A stretch of DNA of 64,000 bases from Nitrospirales bacterium (GCA_012270585.1 JAAXIB010000020.1:13187-77186), one strand, 5' to 3'. Positions 18,735-30,691 are shown, numbered from the stretch's first letter. Numbers and translations are program-made. The notes: generated by a model not told the origin, from the sequence alone.

Positions 18735-20618
18735 TTGTCGGTGAAGCAGACAATGACTGATCCTGGTTTCCAATCGACTGGATTGGCAGACATCCAGGGA
18801 CGATTACTTCTCATCAGAATAGTCGTGTTGATCATTGTGGGGCTATTGGTCGTGCGGTTATGGCAGCTTCAAGTTCGTGATGGAGACTACTATCGAAATC
18901 TTTCTCATGATAATCGGACTCGATCGGTTTTGTTACATCCGGTTCGCGGATTTATTTATGACCGAAACGGGATCTTGCTGGCGAATAACATCCCGAGTTT
19001 CAGCTTGTACGTGCAACTCAGCGACGTGCCGGACCGTGAAGCCCTGATGGGAAAACTCATCGAGTTGTTGTCATTGGACAAGAGTGAGCTGAGCAAAAAG
19101 ATTCAGGCCCAAGGAAGGAGAACGCCGATCCGCCTTAAGAAAGGCATCAGTCTCAAAGAAGCGGCCATCGTTGAATCGCATCGGTTGGATCTGCCCGGCG
19201 TGGTGATTCGTCCGGAATTTCAGCGCAACAATCCTCAAGGTGCCTATGCCGCCCACGTGCTCGGGTATGTAGGGATCGCTTCAGAGGAACAACTTGCAGA
19301 CTTGCAAGGACTTCCCCCGGATAGCGTCATAGGCCAATATGGCGTGGAACGGATCTATGAGATGACGTTGCGAGGGCGGGTAGGGCGAAAACTCATCGAA
19401 GTCGATGCTTTGGGTCATGAGAAGCGTATGATCTCTGTGGACAAGCCGCAAGTCGGAAACGACGTATATCTCACGATAGACTTTCGTTTACAGAAATTAG
19501 CGGAAGATTTGTTGGGAGAAGAAGCAGGAGCAATTGTGGCCTTGGACCCGCAAGCCGGGGAAATTCTGGCCTTGGCGAGTCGACCGAGCTTTGACCCCAA
19601 TGCCTTATCCCATGGCTTACGTGCCAATGAATGGAACAACATTCTTCAGGACACGCGCCATCCTCTGACGAATCGAGCGATTCAAGGCCAGTATCCTCCG
19701 GGTTCCACGTTTAAAATTATTATGGCGACGGCTGCCCTTGAGACCAATGCGATCGCTCTCACCGAGACGGTTGATTGTGACGGCAGGTTTCGATTCGGCA
19801 AACGAACCTTTCGGGATTGGAAGAAGTATGGTCATGGCGCGGTCGATTTACAGAAGGCAATCGCCCACTCGTGTGACGTGTATTTTTATCAATTAGGCCA
19901 TCGCATGGGTGTGGAGACTATCGCGGCCTATGCGAAACAGTTCGGGTTAGGAGCGAGAACGGGTATTGACCTCCCTTCCGAAGGAACGGGACTCATCCCA
20001 TCCCCGGGATGGAAACGCCGGACGCGGGGGGAACCATGGTACCCGGGTGAAACGATTTCCGTGTCGATCGGACAAGGTGCTGTCACGGTCACACCACTTC
20101 AAATGGCGAAAGTGATCGCCACGATTGGTAATAATGGGATTCCAGTTCAACCGCATGTCGTTCGTGGAATATGGGAACGAGAGGGCGAATGGATTGAGAA
20201 GTGGACTCCGGCGCAAGTCCCTTCCCTGGCATTACAACCACCTCAACTGGAAGCCATTCAGGCGGCTCTTGCAGCGGTGGTCACCGAAGGGACGGCGCGA
20301 CGGGCTCAATCTTCGATGGTCAGGATTGCGGGAAAAACCGGGACGGCGCAAGTGGTTTCGTCACGCCATGGATCTGAAGAAGACACTCCCAAGCAATTTC
20401 GAGATCATGCCTGGTTTGTCGCCTATGCGCCGTTCGAAAATCCGAGCATTGCCGTGGCAGTGTTGCTGGAGCACATGGGTCACGGCGGGTCTGCGGCAGC
20501 CCCACTGGCAAAAGAACTCATTGAGACTTATTTGTCATATGGGGTCGATGGGAAACACAGCACACGGGCGTTGCCTTCCCACAAGATGATGAAAAAGGAG
20601 AAGCGGTTTTATGGGTGA
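18735..20618 (+). CDS. mrdA: penicillin-binding protein 2 (elongasome transpeptidase)
   Basis: 627 aa. SxxK motif ...PPGSTFKII..., SxN region ...HSCDVYFY..., KTG motif ...AGKTGTAQV.... Confidence 0.9.
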   Translation: MSVKQTMTDPGFQSTGLADIQGRLLLIRIVVLIIVGLLVVRLWQLQVRDGDYYRNLSHDNRTRSVLLHPVRGFIYDRNGILLANNIPSFSLYVQLSDVPDREALMGKLIELLSLDKSELSKKIQAQGRRTPIRLKKGISLKEAAIVESHRLDLPGVVIRPEFQRNNPQGAYAAHVLGYVGIASEEQLADLQGLPPDSVIGQYGVERIYEMTLRGRVGRKLIEVDALGHEKRMISVDKPQVGNDVYLTIDFRLQKLAEDLLGEEAGAIVALDPQAGEILALASRPSFDPNALSHGLRANEWNNILQDTRHPLTNRAIQGQYPPGSTFKIIMATAALETNAIALTETVDCDGRFRFGKRTFRDWKKYGHGAVDLQKAIAHSCDVYFYQLGHRMGVETIAAYAKQFGLGARTGIDLPSEGTGLIPSPGWKRRTRGEPWYPGETISVSIGQGAVTVTPLQMAKVIATIGNNGIPVQPHVVRGIWEREGEWIEKWTPAQVPSLALQPPQLEAIQAALAAVVTEGTARRAQSSMVRIAGKTGTAQVVSSRHGSEEDTPKQFRDHAWFVAYAPFENPSIAVAVLLEHMGHGGSAAAPLAKELIETYLSYGVDGKHSTRALPSHKMMKKEKRFYG

Positions 20619-21732
20619 ACCGTGGAGTCGCAGGCGCGGATTAGACAGGTTTGATTGGTGCTTTTGCGGTGTCATCCTGGCGTTGTCATCCATTGGGGTC
20701 GTGACCATTTACAGCGTGACGGTCGAGGGGACCGCCAATCAGTTTCCTATTTATTTGAAACAGGCGATATGGGTCGGTGTGGGAACGTTAGCTTTTCTGG
20801 TGGTGTCGCGAATTGATTACCATAAACTCGCTCGATGGTCGTATTTGCTGTACGGACTTGCGTTGCTTCTCCTCGTGGTCGTTCTCTTCAGCGGGAAAAG
20901 CAGTCGCGGTGCCCAACGATGGATTGCCCTGGGGCCCCTGGCGTTTCAACCTTCAGAATTTGTGAAGATTCCGATGCTCTTGGTGTTGGCTGTCTATTAT
21001 TCCACCCAAACTCGGCGAGGATGGTGGTATCGGGTTATCATCCCGGGGTTGATCGCGTTGCCGGGATTTTTCTTGATTCTGAAACAGCCGGATTTGGGAA
21101 GCAGTCTCAGCTTTCTGTCGATTTACGTCACCCTGCTGTTTGCCGTAGGCGTCAAGTCTAAAACTGTGGGGGTGGTGCTCTTGTCGGCGCTGATGCTTTT
21201 CCCTTTTGCCTGGAGTGAATTATGGGGTTCCCTGCATGACTATCAAAAGGATCGGATCTTGAGTTTTGTGGATCCCGACTATGATCCGGGAGGCCGAGGG
21301 TACCAGGGGTTGCAATCCCGCATTGCCGTGGGATCAGGGGAATTAATGGGAAAAGGGTTCCACAGCGGGACGCAAACTCAATTCAAATTTCTTCCGGAAG
21401 GCCACACCGATTTTATCTTTGCAGTACTGGCCGAGGAATGGGGGTTTTTGGGTGGGTTGCTGTTCATCAGTCTTTTTCTCGTGTTGTTGTTGTTGGGTCT
21501 GGAGATAGCGGCGAAGGCCAAGGATACGTTGGGTGCCCTGTTGGCCATTGGGCTCGTCGGCATGCTGACGTTTCAACTGGTGGTCAACGTGGGGATGACC
21601 ATTGGTCTGGTACCCATTGTCGGCATTCCTTTGCCGTTACTCAGTTATGGGGGGAGTGCGACAATTATGACGATGGCCGCGTTGGGCCTGCTGTTCAGTG
21701 TGAAGAGGGAAAGACTGTCGTTATTGGCGTGA
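20611..21732 (+). CDS. rodA: SEDS glycosyltransferase RodA
   Basis: 373 aa multi-TM; ...QPSEFVKI..., ...HTDFIFAVLAEEWGF..., ...PLPLLSYGGS.... Confidence 0.9.
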   Translation: MGEPWSRRRGLDRFDWCFCGVILALSSIGVVTIYSVTVEGTANQFPIYLKQAIWVGVGTLAFLVVSRIDYHKLARWSYLLYGLALLLLVVVLFSGKSSRGAQRWIALGPLAFQPSEFVKIPMLLVLAVYYSTQTRRGWWYRVIIPGLIALPGFFLILKQPDLGSSLSFLSIYVTLLFAVGVKSKTVGVVLLSALMLFPFAWSELWGSLHDYQKDRILSFVDPDYDPGGRGYQGLQSRIAVGSGELMGKGFHSGTQTQFKFLPEGHTDFIFAVLAEEWGFLGGLLFISLFLVLLLLGLEIAAKAKDTLGALLAIGLVGMLTFQLVVNVGMTIGLVPIVGIPLPLLSYGGSATIMTMAALGLLFSVKRERLSLLA

Positions 21733-21896
21733 GCCGTTTACACGAGGCCTTCCCTGCCGCGGGCCGGGATCGACCATTTGACGAAACGTAGAATCCATGT
21801 CACGCTTTTGGGGGAGACGTCACCGGACGGACATGGTCGAGTTTCCCCCGCTGAGTCGCAAGCGCCTCTCGGATAAGGGAATAAAGGAGTAGAAGT

Positions 21897-23420
21897 ATGG
21901 GTCTTGAGATTGCCATCAATATGACGCCGCAAGAAACGCGCGTTGCGGTGTTGGAGAATAAAGTTGTCACGGAATTATACGTGGACCGAGCCAAGAAAAA
22001 GGATTTTGTGGGCAACGTCTATAAAGGCAAAGTCGTGAAAGTCTTGCCCGGTATGCAGGCGGCGTTTGTTGACATTGGGCTGGAACGCGCCGCGTTTATG
22101 CACGTGTCGGATCTGTCGGTGGGCACTGAACCCGGCGATATCCTGGTTGAAAGCGACGAAGATGAGAAAGGGCCGGAATTCCCGCGTCCTCGACGGCAAA
22201 CGGTGTTGCCCATTCAAGAGTTGTTGGAAGAAGATCAGGAACTCGTCGTGCAGATTTCCAAAGGCCCGATAGGAACCAAAGGCCCCCGGGTGACGTCCTA
22301 TTGCTCATTGCCGGGCCGTTTTCTGGTGCTGATGCCGAACGTCGATCATATCGGGATCTCACGACGGATTGCCGAGGAGGATGAGCGAAGTCGTCTCAAA
22401 GACATCATGAAACGCATTCGTGAACCGGGCTATGGATACATTGTCCGGACGGTCAGCGAGGGAGTCAGCGAGGAGGATCTCAAATCTGACGTCGGGTTTT
22501 TGACCGCGATGTGGCAGGATATTGTCAAGAAGCAGGATGTCTATCCTGCTCCTGCCGCGTTGCATACGGATTTGGATCTGACGCTTCGGGTGGTGCGGGA
22601 TTTATTTACCAAAAACGTCAAGAGGCTGCTCATCGATTCGAAAGAGGAATGTGAAGCGGTCAAAGAGTTTGTCCGGCGGTATCTTCCTGACCAAACGTCT
22701 CGAATTTTTCACTATGACAAGGATGAGAGTTTGTTCGATCATTTGGGGATTGAGATGGAAATCTCTCGCGCCTTGAGCCGAAAAGTCTGGCTCAAGTCCG
22801 GCGGCCACATTGTGATTGATCATACGGAAGCCATGACGGTCATCGACGTGAACACGGGGCGTTACGTTGGAAAGCGCGATCAGGAAGAAACGATTTTGAG
22901 AAACAACCTGGAAGCGGCTCGCGAGATCGCCTACCAGATTAAACTTCGCGGAATAGGGGGAATAATCATTATCGATTTTATCGACATGGAACGAGGACGG
23001 AATCGTGACAAAGTCTATCAAGCCCTCGTAGACGCGATGGCCAATGACAAAGCGCGCACGCGTATTTCCCGTATCAGCGATCTGGGGTTGATCGAGATTT
23101 CCCGGGAACGCGTGCGGGAAGATTTGCTCAGGACGCTCTCAGACGTTTGCTCCGATTGTGATGGTCGTGGCTATACACGATCCGCGCTCACGGTGGTGTA
23201 CGATATTTTTCGCGATATCCGCCGAATCGGGCGAGCAGCCGGACAGCAAACCGTGGTGCTCGGAGCACATCCTCATATCGTGGATATGCTGCAAGAGACC
23301 GAGCCCGAAGCGCTTGAGCAACTCCAACGAGAATTTCATTATCAGATTATCGTGAATGCCGACCCCCTGCTCCCGCTTGAGCAGTATGATATTGTGGTGT
23401 TAGGCGACGGTGCAGGCTAG
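21897..23420 (+). CDS. rng: ribonuclease G (RNase E/G family)
   Basis: 507 aa. S1 domain (...GNVYKGKVVKVLPGMQAAFVDIG...), catalytic ...VIDHTEAMTVIDVNTG..., ...GIIIIDFIDM.... Confidence 0.85.
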   Translation: MGLEIAINMTPQETRVAVLENKVVTELYVDRAKKKDFVGNVYKGKVVKVLPGMQAAFVDIGLERAAFMHVSDLSVGTEPGDILVESDEDEKGPEFPRPRRQTVLPIQELLEEDQELVVQISKGPIGTKGPRVTSYCSLPGRFLVLMPNVDHIGISRRIAEEDERSRLKDIMKRIREPGYGYIVRTVSEGVSEEDLKSDVGFLTAMWQDIVKKQDVYPAPAALHTDLDLTLRVVRDLFTKNVKRLLIDSKEECEAVKEFVRRYLPDQTSRIFHYDKDESLFDHLGIEMEISRALSRKVWLKSGGHIVIDHTEAMTVIDVNTGRYVGKRDQEETILRNNLEAAREIAYQIKLRGIGGIIIIDFIDMERGRNRDKVYQALVDAMANDKARTRISRISDLGLIEISRERVREDLLRTLSDVCSDCDGRGYTRSALTVVYDIFRDIRRIGRAAGQQTVVLGAHPHIVDMLQETEPEALEQLQREFHYQIIVNADPLLPLEQYDIVVLGDGAG

Positions 23421-23469
23421 CCGACTGATGCCCATCCCCCCCACGTCTTGTGTGCGGTTCTTCTGAACC

Positions 23470-24597
23470 ATGGAATGGCTGGAAGCGTGGTTGATCTTGC
23501 GGTCAGTGCAAGGATTAAGCGACGGCACCCTCTGTGCCCTCGTTCGCCATTTTGGCGGGCCGAAGGAGGTGCTGGCTGCTTCTTCGTCCGAGTTGCGGCG
23601 CGTGACCGGCCTTCGCCCTTCCGTGGTCGCCGCCATACGAAAAGCCCCTGACTCAAGCGTCGTGGCGCAGGTTCGCAAAGAAATGCGGCTGGTCGAAAAG
23701 GGCGCGAGTTCGATCGTCACACTGTTGGACGACGCCTATCCTCGCCGGCTGGCGATGATCCCGGACCCACCGCCTGTTTTGTACGTTCGCGGCACGCTGC
23801 CTTCGTCTGAAGATCACGCCGTCGCCATTGTGGGATCAAGAAGAGCCACACCGTCGGGGGCGCTTATGACGCAAGAACTCAGTCAACGTTTGGCCGAGAT
23901 GGGGTTTACGATCGTGAGCGGGTTGGCCAGGGGAATCGACGCGGCAGCCCATCGCGGCGCGTTGGCGGCCAAGGCCGGGACGATTGCCGTCGTCGGGTGT
24001 GGAGTCGATCGAACCTACCCGCCCGAACATCAACAACTACGACGGGACATTGAAGACAATGGCGCCGTGGTGTCGGAATTGCCGCTCGGGTCCCCGCCGC
24101 TGCCCTACCATTTTCCCCGCCGGAATCGGATTATCAGCGGATTGTCGTTGGGCGTGATCGTCTCGGAGGCCGATCAGAAAAGCGGCGCGTTGATCACGGC
24201 ACGATTTGCGCTGGAACAGAACCGGGAGGTCTTTGCCATCCCCGGTGCCGTGAAGCAAGGCAGGCATCGAGGGGCGCATGCGCTCATCAAGCAAGGAGCC
24301 AAACTCGTCGAGGAGGCGCGGGACGTTGTTGAAGAATTGCTCCCACAGCTTGACGAGCCCTTTCGCGATCGAGTAAAGAATGCCGGTTTTCAGGATACGG
24401 CCCCTCCGGTCTTGACGGCCAAAGAGCGGCAAGTGCTGTCTCTGGTTCATGATGATCCCGTATCGATTGACGAGGTGTTGACGGAAGCGCCGTTTGATCG
24501 TGCCGAGGTGATGAGCCTGCTGCTGAATCTGGAATTGCGAGGGTGCATTCAGCAGTCACCCGGTTCCTGTTATATCAGGAGTTCGGGTCAGGGATAA
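23470..24597 (+). CDS. dprA: DNA-processing protein DprA
   Basis: 375 aa; ...AIVGSRRATPSG..., ...GLARGIDAAAHRGAL..., ...VVSELPLGSPP...FPRRNRIISGLS.... Confidence 0.9.
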   Translation: MEWLEAWLILRSVQGLSDGTLCALVRHFGGPKEVLAASSSELRRVTGLRPSVVAAIRKAPDSSVVAQVRKEMRLVEKGASSIVTLLDDAYPRRLAMIPDPPPVLYVRGTLPSSEDHAVAIVGSRRATPSGALMTQELSQRLAEMGFTIVSGLARGIDAAAHRGALAAKAGTIAVVGCGVDRTYPPEHQQLRRDIEDNGAVVSELPLGSPPLPYHFPRRNRIISGLSLGVIVSEADQKSGALITARFALEQNREVFAIPGAVKQGRHRGAHALIKQGAKLVEEARDVVEELLPQLDEPFRDRVKNAGFQDTAPPVLTAKERQVLSLVHDDPVSIDEVLTEAPFDRAEVMSLLLNLELRGCIQQSPGSCYIRSSGQG

Positions 24598-24646
24598 ACG
24601 GACTTCCCCGGAGAACGTCGGCCGGTCAAGCATCGCGGAAAATGGT

Positions 24647-27307
24647 TTGATAATGCCTTCTCGTACGTCTGCCGCGCCCAAGAAAAAGACTCGCCCGGCC
24701 CTTGCCCAAGGAACGGGCAAGGCCTTGGTCATTGCCGAGAAGCCCTCGGTGGCCCGGGACATTGCCAGGGCGCTCGGCGGGTTTCAAAATAAGAAAACCT
24801 TCTTTGAAGGGCCGGACCACGTGGTCGCGTCAGCGGTCGGCCATATGCTTGAGTTGGTTCCACCCGAAGGAGCCGAGGTGGCGCGCGGCAAGTGGTCGCT
24901 CGCCAATCTGCCGGTGATTCCCGATCATTTCGACCTGAAACCGATTCAGAAGAATGAATCGCAACTCAAACTGATCCAGAAACTCTACGCGCGGAAGGAT
25001 ATCGACAGGGTCATCAACGCCTGCGACGCCGGCCGCGAAGGCGAATTGATCTTTCATTACCTCATCCGGCATTTCAAGGGCTTAAAGCCGGTGCAACGCC
25101 TGTGGCTGCAATCCATGACCCCGCACGCGATTCGCGACGGGTTCGAACGTCTTCGCGACGGCGAGAAATTATTGCCGCTCCAGCGCGCCGCCGTGTGTCG
25201 TTCGGAGTCGGATTGGCTGATCGGGATCAACGCCACCCGGGCGATGACCGCGCTGAATTCGAGCGGCGGCGGGTTTTCACTGACCACGGTTGGGCGCGTG
25301 CAAACCCCGACGCTCGCGCTGCTTGTCGACCGCGAGAAAGAGATCCAGAACTTCGAGCCGCGTGCGTATTGGGAGGTCAGGGGCACCTTCGCGATTGCCT
25401 CCGGCCGGTACGAAGGGTATTGGATTGATCCACAGGTGCAAGCCCGCTCGAAGCAGGGGGCCGCACAGGGAACGACCAAGGATCAGCATGGCACCGCCAA
25501 GCCGGAACGCATCTGGGACAGGGCCCGGGCCGAGGCCATCGTGGCGACATGCGCGAATCGGGAGGGTCGCGTTTCCGAAACCACGAAACCGTCGAGCCAG
25601 CAGCCACCGATGCTGTTTGACCTGACCTCGCTCCAACGGGAAGCGAACAGGCGGTTTGGTTTCTCGGCCAAGGCCACGCTCGGCATCGCGCAGGCGCTGT
25701 ACGAACGCCACAAGGTCCTGACCTACCCGCGCACCGATTCACGGACGTTACCTGAGGATTACCCGGAGACGGCCAGAACAATCATACAGTCGCTGGTCTC
25801 GTTCGACAACGGCCCGGGTGCCATGCCGCCTGACGGCGAAGGCGACCGACCGATCAGCCACTGGGCCGAACAGGTACTTCAACAAAACTACATCAACGGT
25901 AAAAACAAGCGCATCTTCAACAACGCTCAGGTGTCCGACCACTTTGCCATCATTCCAACCGGGGAGGTGCCTGGCAAACTGAAAGAACAGGAGCGTCGCA
26001 TCTATGAACTGGTCACGCGCTGTTTCATCGCAGCGTTCTATCCTCCGGCCCGCTTTGAGAACACGTTGCGCCGCACCGTCGTGGAACACCAGACTTTTGA
26101 GACCCGCGGGCGGGTGCTGATCGAGAGCGGCTGGTTGCAGGTGATGGGGCGCAAGGAAAGCAACGAGACGTTACCTCCGCTCTCGGGCGCCGCCAAGGAC
26201 GGCGCTGAAAAGGCCAGGACGGAAGAAATCGCAATAGAGGGCAAGCAAACCAAGTCTCCACCGCGCTACAACGAGGCGACCCTGTTGTCCGCGATGGAAG
26301 GCGCGGGCAAATTGATGGAGGACGGTGAGTTGCGCGAAGCCATGCAGGGTCGCGGTCTCGGCACGCCAGCGACGCGCGCTGCAATCATTGAGGAGTTGAT
26401 CCGCAACCGTTACATCCTGCGCGACGGCCGTGAATTGATCCCGACCTCCAAGGCCACGACGCTGCTCAGGTTGTTGCGCGCCCTGAAGATTGATGAATTG
26501 ACCACGGCCGAATTGACCGGCGAGTGGGAAAAGAGACTGAAACAGATCGAAAGCGACCAGTTCTCCTCCGATGAGTTCATGCGGCACATTCGCAGGATGA
26601 CCGTGGATATTGTCGAGGCCGCCCGGCAGTGTGACGTTGACCGGATTGACGACGAATACGCCGTTCTCGCCGTGCCCTGTCCCAAGTGCGGTACGGGCAC
26701 GGTGAAAGAGAACTATCGCAAATTTGTGTGCGAAACGTGTGATTTCTCGCTTTGGAAAACCATCGCCGGGCGGGAGTTGTCAGCCGACGAGGCGGCTAGT
26801 CTGTTGCGTGACCGTCGCCTTGGCCCGCTGAACGGTTTCCGCAGCCGTCTCGGCCGTGAATTTGCCGCGGAGTTGATGATCAAGGACGATTTCACCGTGG
26901 CCTTTGATTTTGGTGAGACCGCCGGAGACGACGACGTTGATCCGCAGAAGTGCGACCAAGTCGGTCCCTGCCCTAAGTGTAACGCGCCGGTGCTTGATAC
27001 GCCGAGACGCTACGTCTGTCTCAACGGTCTGGGTGACGAACCGGCCTGTGATTTCAAAATTGGTCGTCGGATCCTGAATCGCCCTCTCGATGCCGGTGAG
27101 GTGCGGCAATTGCTGGGCAAGGGCAAGACCGATATCCTGCAGGGCTTCCTGTCAAAGAAGAATAAACGGAAATTCGCGGCCCATCTCACGATCGACTTTG
27201 GTTCCGGCAAATTGGGTTTCGAGTTCGCGCCGCGTAAGAACGAGGTGAACGGCGGCAAGAACAAACGGTTCGCGACCAAGAAAGCCGCTCGAAGCTCCGG
27301 CGTCTGA
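24647..27307 (+). CDS. topB: type IA DNA topoisomerase, topoisomerase III-like, with C-terminal zinc ribbons
   Basis: 886 aa. TOPRIM start ...LVIAEKPSVARDIARALGG... is the Topo III type rather than the Topo I VESPAKA type. Active-site region ...LTYPRTDSR..., and CPKCG/CxxC ribbons near the C-terminus. Confidence 0.7.
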   Translation: MIMPSRTSAAPKKKTRPALAQGTGKALVIAEKPSVARDIARALGGFQNKKTFFEGPDHVVASAVGHMLELVPPEGAEVARGKWSLANLPVIPDHFDLKPIQKNESQLKLIQKLYARKDIDRVINACDAGREGELIFHYLIRHFKGLKPVQRLWLQSMTPHAIRDGFERLRDGEKLLPLQRAAVCRSESDWLIGINATRAMTALNSSGGGFSLTTVGRVQTPTLALLVDREKEIQNFEPRAYWEVRGTFAIASGRYEGYWIDPQVQARSKQGAAQGTTKDQHGTAKPERIWDRARAEAIVATCANREGRVSETTKPSSQQPPMLFDLTSLQREANRRFGFSAKATLGIAQALYERHKVLTYPRTDSRTLPEDYPETARTIIQSLVSFDNGPGAMPPDGEGDRPISHWAEQVLQQNYINGKNKRIFNNAQVSDHFAIIPTGEVPGKLKEQERRIYELVTRCFIAAFYPPARFENTLRRTVVEHQTFETRGRVLIESGWLQVMGRKESNETLPPLSGAAKDGAEKARTEEIAIEGKQTKSPPRYNEATLLSAMEGAGKLMEDGELREAMQGRGLGTPATRAAIIEELIRNRYILRDGRELIPTSKATTLLRLLRALKIDELTTAELTGEWEKRLKQIESDQFSSDEFMRHIRRMTVDIVEAARQCDVDRIDDEYAVLAVPCPKCGTGTVKENYRKFVCETCDFSLWKTIAGRELSADEAASLLRDRRLGPLNGFRSRLGREFAAELMIKDDFTVAFDFGETAGDDDVDPQKCDQVGPCPKCNAPVLDTPRRYVCLNGLGDEPACDFKIGRRILNRPLDAGEVRQLLGKGKTDILQGFLSKKNKRKFAAHLTIDFGSGKLGFEFAPRKNEVNGGKNKRFATKKAARSSGV

Positions 27308-27391
27308 ATGATGGGGGCCTGACGGATTTGGTGTCGATGGGGGCGTGGGGCCTCAATCGTCCCGGCGATCAGGATGTTTGCGATCCACTCG

Positions 27392-28651
27392 TTACGAGCC
27401 GACCGCGGGTTTCATGCTCTTGGACGGTTCAAGAAATGTAAACGGTTCGACCTTCTTCAAAATCACGTCTTCGGTAATCACCACTTCCTTGATCTCGGTT
27501 TGAGATGGGACCTCGTACATAATATCAAGCATGACCTCTTCCATGATCGCGCGAAGACCCCGTGCTCCGGTCTTTTGTGCATGGGCTTTTCGGGCAATCG
27601 CATGCAGTGCCCCATCCGTAAATTTCAGTTTCACTTTGTCGAAGGACAACAGTTTTTGATACTGCTTGGTTAAGGCATTTTTGGGCTCGGTCAAAATTCG
27701 CACTAACGCTTTTTCATCCAACTCTTCAAACGTGGTCACCACCGGCAAGCGCCCGATGAATTCGGGAATCAATCCATATTGAAGCAAGTCTTCCGGTTGG
27801 ATATGGGCCAATAGGGAAGAAGAGCGTTCCTTCGTTGAGACGGATCTGTCCGATTTAAAGCCCATGCGGTTTCGATTCAGGCGTCGTTCGATAATGGGTT
27901 CAAGTCCGACAAAGGCCCCACCACAGATGACCAGGATATTTTTGGTATCGACCTGGATGAATTCCTGGTGCGGATGTTTTCTGCCGCCTTGCGGCGGCAC
28001 GTTGGCCACGGTGCCTTCGATCAATTTGAGCAGGGCCTGTTGCACGCCTTCCCCCGACACGTCGCGGGTAATGGAAGGGCTGTCAGCCTTCCGCGTGATT
28101 TTGTCGATCTCATCAATATAAATGATGCCGCGCTCCGCGCGTTCCACTTCATAGTCCGCGGCTTGCAGCAGTTTCAAAATAATGTTCTCGACGTCTTCCC
28201 CGACGTACCCCGCCTCGGTCAAGGTGGTGGCATCGGCCAAGGTAAACGGCACATCGAGATAATCGGCGAGGGTTTGGGCCAATAAGGTTTTACCGGTTCC
28301 CGTCGGCCCGATCATCAGAATGTTGCCCTTTTGGAGCTCGACGTCTTCGGCTTCATTAGCGGCGATGCGTTTATAGTGATTGTGAACGGCAACCGAGAGA
28401 ATTTTTTTGGCGCGGGTCTGGTCGATGATGTATTGATCCAGGTGGCGATTGATCTCGGCGGGTTTTCGAAGTTTTGAGGAGATTTCTTCTTTGGTGTCTT
28501 GCCACTCTTCGGCCATGATTTCATTGCACAGGCCCACGCATTCGTCACAAATGTACACGGTGGGACCTGCGATCAGTTTACGCACCTGATCGCGGCTTTT
28601 CCCGCAGAACGAACACCGAAGATTCTCGTCTGATTTAAGTTGCCTGGCCAT
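27392..28651 (-). CDS. clpX: ATP-dependent Clp protease unfoldase ClpX
   Basis: 419 aa. N-terminal zinc finger CSFCGK...CDEC, Walker A GPTGTGKT, ...IIYIDEIDK.... Confidence 0.95.
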   Translation of the reverse strand: MARQLKSDENLRCSFCGKSRDQVRKLIAGPTVYICDECVGLCNEIMAEEWQDTKEEISSKLRKPAEINRHLDQYIIDQTRAKKILSVAVHNHYKRIAANEAEDVELQKGNILMIGPTGTGKTLLAQTLADYLDVPFTLADATTLTEAGYVGEDVENIILKLLQAADYEVERAERGIIYIDEIDKITRKADSPSITRDVSGEGVQQALLKLIEGTVANVPPQGGRKHPHQEFIQVDTKNILVICGGAFVGLEPIIERRLNRNRMGFKSDRSVSTKERSSSLLAHIQPEDLLQYGLIPEFIGRLPVVTTFEELDEKALVRILTEPKNALTKQYQKLLSFDKVKLKFTDGALHAIARKAHAQKTGARGLRAIMEEVMLDIMYEVPSQTEIKEVVITEDVILKKVEPFTFLEPSKSMKPAVGS

Positions 28652-28674
28652 GGGGATGGTGAGGTGTTCAGAGG

Positions 28675-29286
28675 TTAGGCGCCGTTCGCGCCGGAAGTCT
28701 CCTTTTCCGATGCTCTGACGATGACTTCATCAATGAGGCCGTAATCTTTAGCTTCCATCCCTGACATGAAATAATCCCGCTCGGTATCCTGGCTGATTTT
28801 CTCCAACGTCCGACCCGTATGTTCCGACAGGATCTGGTTGAGTCGCTCGCGAATTTTCAGGATCTCACGCGCGTGAATGTCGATCTCCGTCGCCTGTCCC
28901 TGAAATCCTCCCATCGGTTGGTGAATCATCACCCGGGCGTTGGGAAGGGCATAGCGTTTGCCTGGGGTGCCGGCGGCCAGGAGAAGGGCGCCCATGCTGG
29001 CGGCTTGACCCAAACAAATGGTCGTAATCGGTGGTTTCACGTATTGCATGGTGTCGTAAATACCGAGGCCCGCGGTGACGCTGCCCCCTGGTGAATTGAT
29101 ATAGAGATTGATGTCTTTTTCCGGATCTTCGGCCTCCAGGAACAGTAATTGCGCAATGATGAGGTTGGAAAATACATCGTCGATGGGCGCGCCGAGAAAG
29201 ATAATGCGATCTTTTAACAGGCGGGAGTAAATGTCATACGCTCGTTCACCCCGGTTCGTACTCTCAATAACCATTGGAATTAACAT
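28675..29286 (-). CDS. clpP: Clp protease proteolytic subunit ClpP
   Basis: 203 aa; ...[13 protein letters not shown]..., ...[11 protein letters not shown]..., ...MIHQP.... Confidence 0.95.
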   Translation of the reverse strand: MLIPMVIESTNRGERAYDIYSRLLKDRIIFLGAPIDDVFSNLIIAQLLFLEAEDPEKDINLYINSPGGSVTAGLGIYDTMQYVKPPITTICLGQAASMGALLLAAGTPGKRYALPNARVMIHQPMGGFQGQATEIDIHAREILKIRERLNQILSEHTGRTLEKISQDTERDYFMSGMEAKDYGLIDEVIVRASEKETSGANGA

Positions 29287-29329
29287 ACGGTTTCGACCCT
29301 TTCTGAGAAAAACTGGTTTTCGGAGCGCC

Positions 29330-30655
29330 CTACCCTTGGATTACCGCAAATTGGTAGACCAATTGAAGCGTTTTTTCGGCCCGGATGCGATCCTCGAGCT
29401 CCTGACGTGAACTTTGCCCTCCTGATTCCACCATCTTTTGAATGTCTTCCAGCGGAACTTGAAGGCTCCGGGCGAGTTTGGTGAATTCGTCCTGAATTTC
29501 CTGCTCACTTACGGAGACTCCTTCCTTGTCCGCAATGGCTTCCAACACCAACCCGAGCTTGACTCGTTTCTGCGCTCCCGGAGCGACCTCTTTTTGGATG
29601 CGTGTCGCTTCCTCTTCCATATGGATTTGATCATTCATCGAGAGCGTTCCGTCTTTTTTCCGTTGCTCTTCCATGAGGCGCTGCCGAACCATCGTGCGAA
29701 TTTCCCGTTCGATCAGGGCTTCAGGGAGATCAAAATGATGCATTTCCAACAGGCGTTCGATAATTTGATCCTTATAGCCTTCTTCGATGTCCCGTTTGAG
29801 GGCCGCTTCCAATTCGGATCGGATCTTGTCTTTGAGCGCTTCGAGGGTGTCATAGGCCCCACAATCTTTGGCAAATTCATCATCTAACGCCGGGAGAATC
29901 TTTTGCTTCACCCCGAGGATTGAAACGCGAAACGTGACGACTTTGCCGGCCAGACGGGCATCCGGATGCGTGGCAGGATATTCCTGATGAATCTCGCCAT
30001 GGTCCCCTTCCTTTTTTCCCACCAGTACCTCGTCGATGGTCAGACCCAGCACGGGTTTCTGAGTCCCCACTTTGTGGAGAAGGCCTTCTTTTTTCGACCC
30101 TTCCACGGGCTCGCCATCCAAAAAGCCTTCAATCGTCACGACCGCATACAAGCCCTCAGCCAGGAGGGTTCCGGAGGGTACGGCATCAAGCCGGGACTGT
30201 TGTTCTCGAAATCGTTCCAGGGCTTTTTCCACGTCCTGATCCGCAATGGTCCGGGAATCGGGCTTCAAGGAAATCGGATTGGGTGGCCGATAATCGCGTA
30301 ATTCAATCGACGGCTTGATTTCAACGGTGGCGGTGAAGGTGAGCGACGTGTTGCGGTTGGCTTTCAATCGCTCCAAAGGAGGAATTTCAACCAGGACGGG
30401 TGCCACACCGGCTTCTTGTATCGCCCTCTGATAGTAGGTCGGGACCAAGCGCTGAATGACATCCTGTTCGACGGCCTTTGCATAACGTTTTTCCAACATG
30501 GCGACCGGTGCCTTACCGGGTCGGAAGCCCGGGATGCGCACCTGGCGTTTCAGATCGGTATACACCCGGTCAAATTCCCGGTTGACGGCGTCTTCCGGCA
30601 CTTCGATTTTAATCGCACGTTTAACCGGGCCTAATTCCGTGACTTCCAATTTCAT
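29330..30655 (-). CDS. tig: trigger factor
   Basis: Start set at [13 protein letters not shown]... (ATG 30655). The longer track ORF runs through the tRNA-Leu gene. ...GFRPGKAP... is the ribosome-binding signature. Confidence 0.9.
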   Translation of the reverse strand: MKLEVTELGPVKRAIKIEVPEDAVNREFDRVYTDLKRQVRIPGFRPGKAPVAMLEKRYAKAVEQDVIQRLVPTYYQRAIQEAGVAPVLVEIPPLERLKANRNTSLTFTATVEIKPSIELRDYRPPNPISLKPDSRTIADQDVEKALERFREQQSRLDAVPSGTLLAEGLYAVVTIEGFLDGEPVEGSKKEGLLHKVGTQKPVLGLTIDEVLVGKKEGDHGEIHQEYPATHPDARLAGKVVTFRVSILGVKQKILPALDDEFAKDCGAYDTLEALKDKIRSELEAALKRDIEEGYKDQIIERLLEMHHFDLPEALIEREIRTMVRQRLMEEQRKKDGTLSMNDQIHMEEEATRIQKEVAPGAQKRVKLGLVLEAIADKEGVSVSEQEIQDEFTKLARSLQVPLEDIQKMVESGGQSSRQELEDRIRAEKTLQLVYQFAVIQG

Positions 30656-30691
30656 GTTGAATCCATTCGCTGATGAAAGACAGCGGGGAAA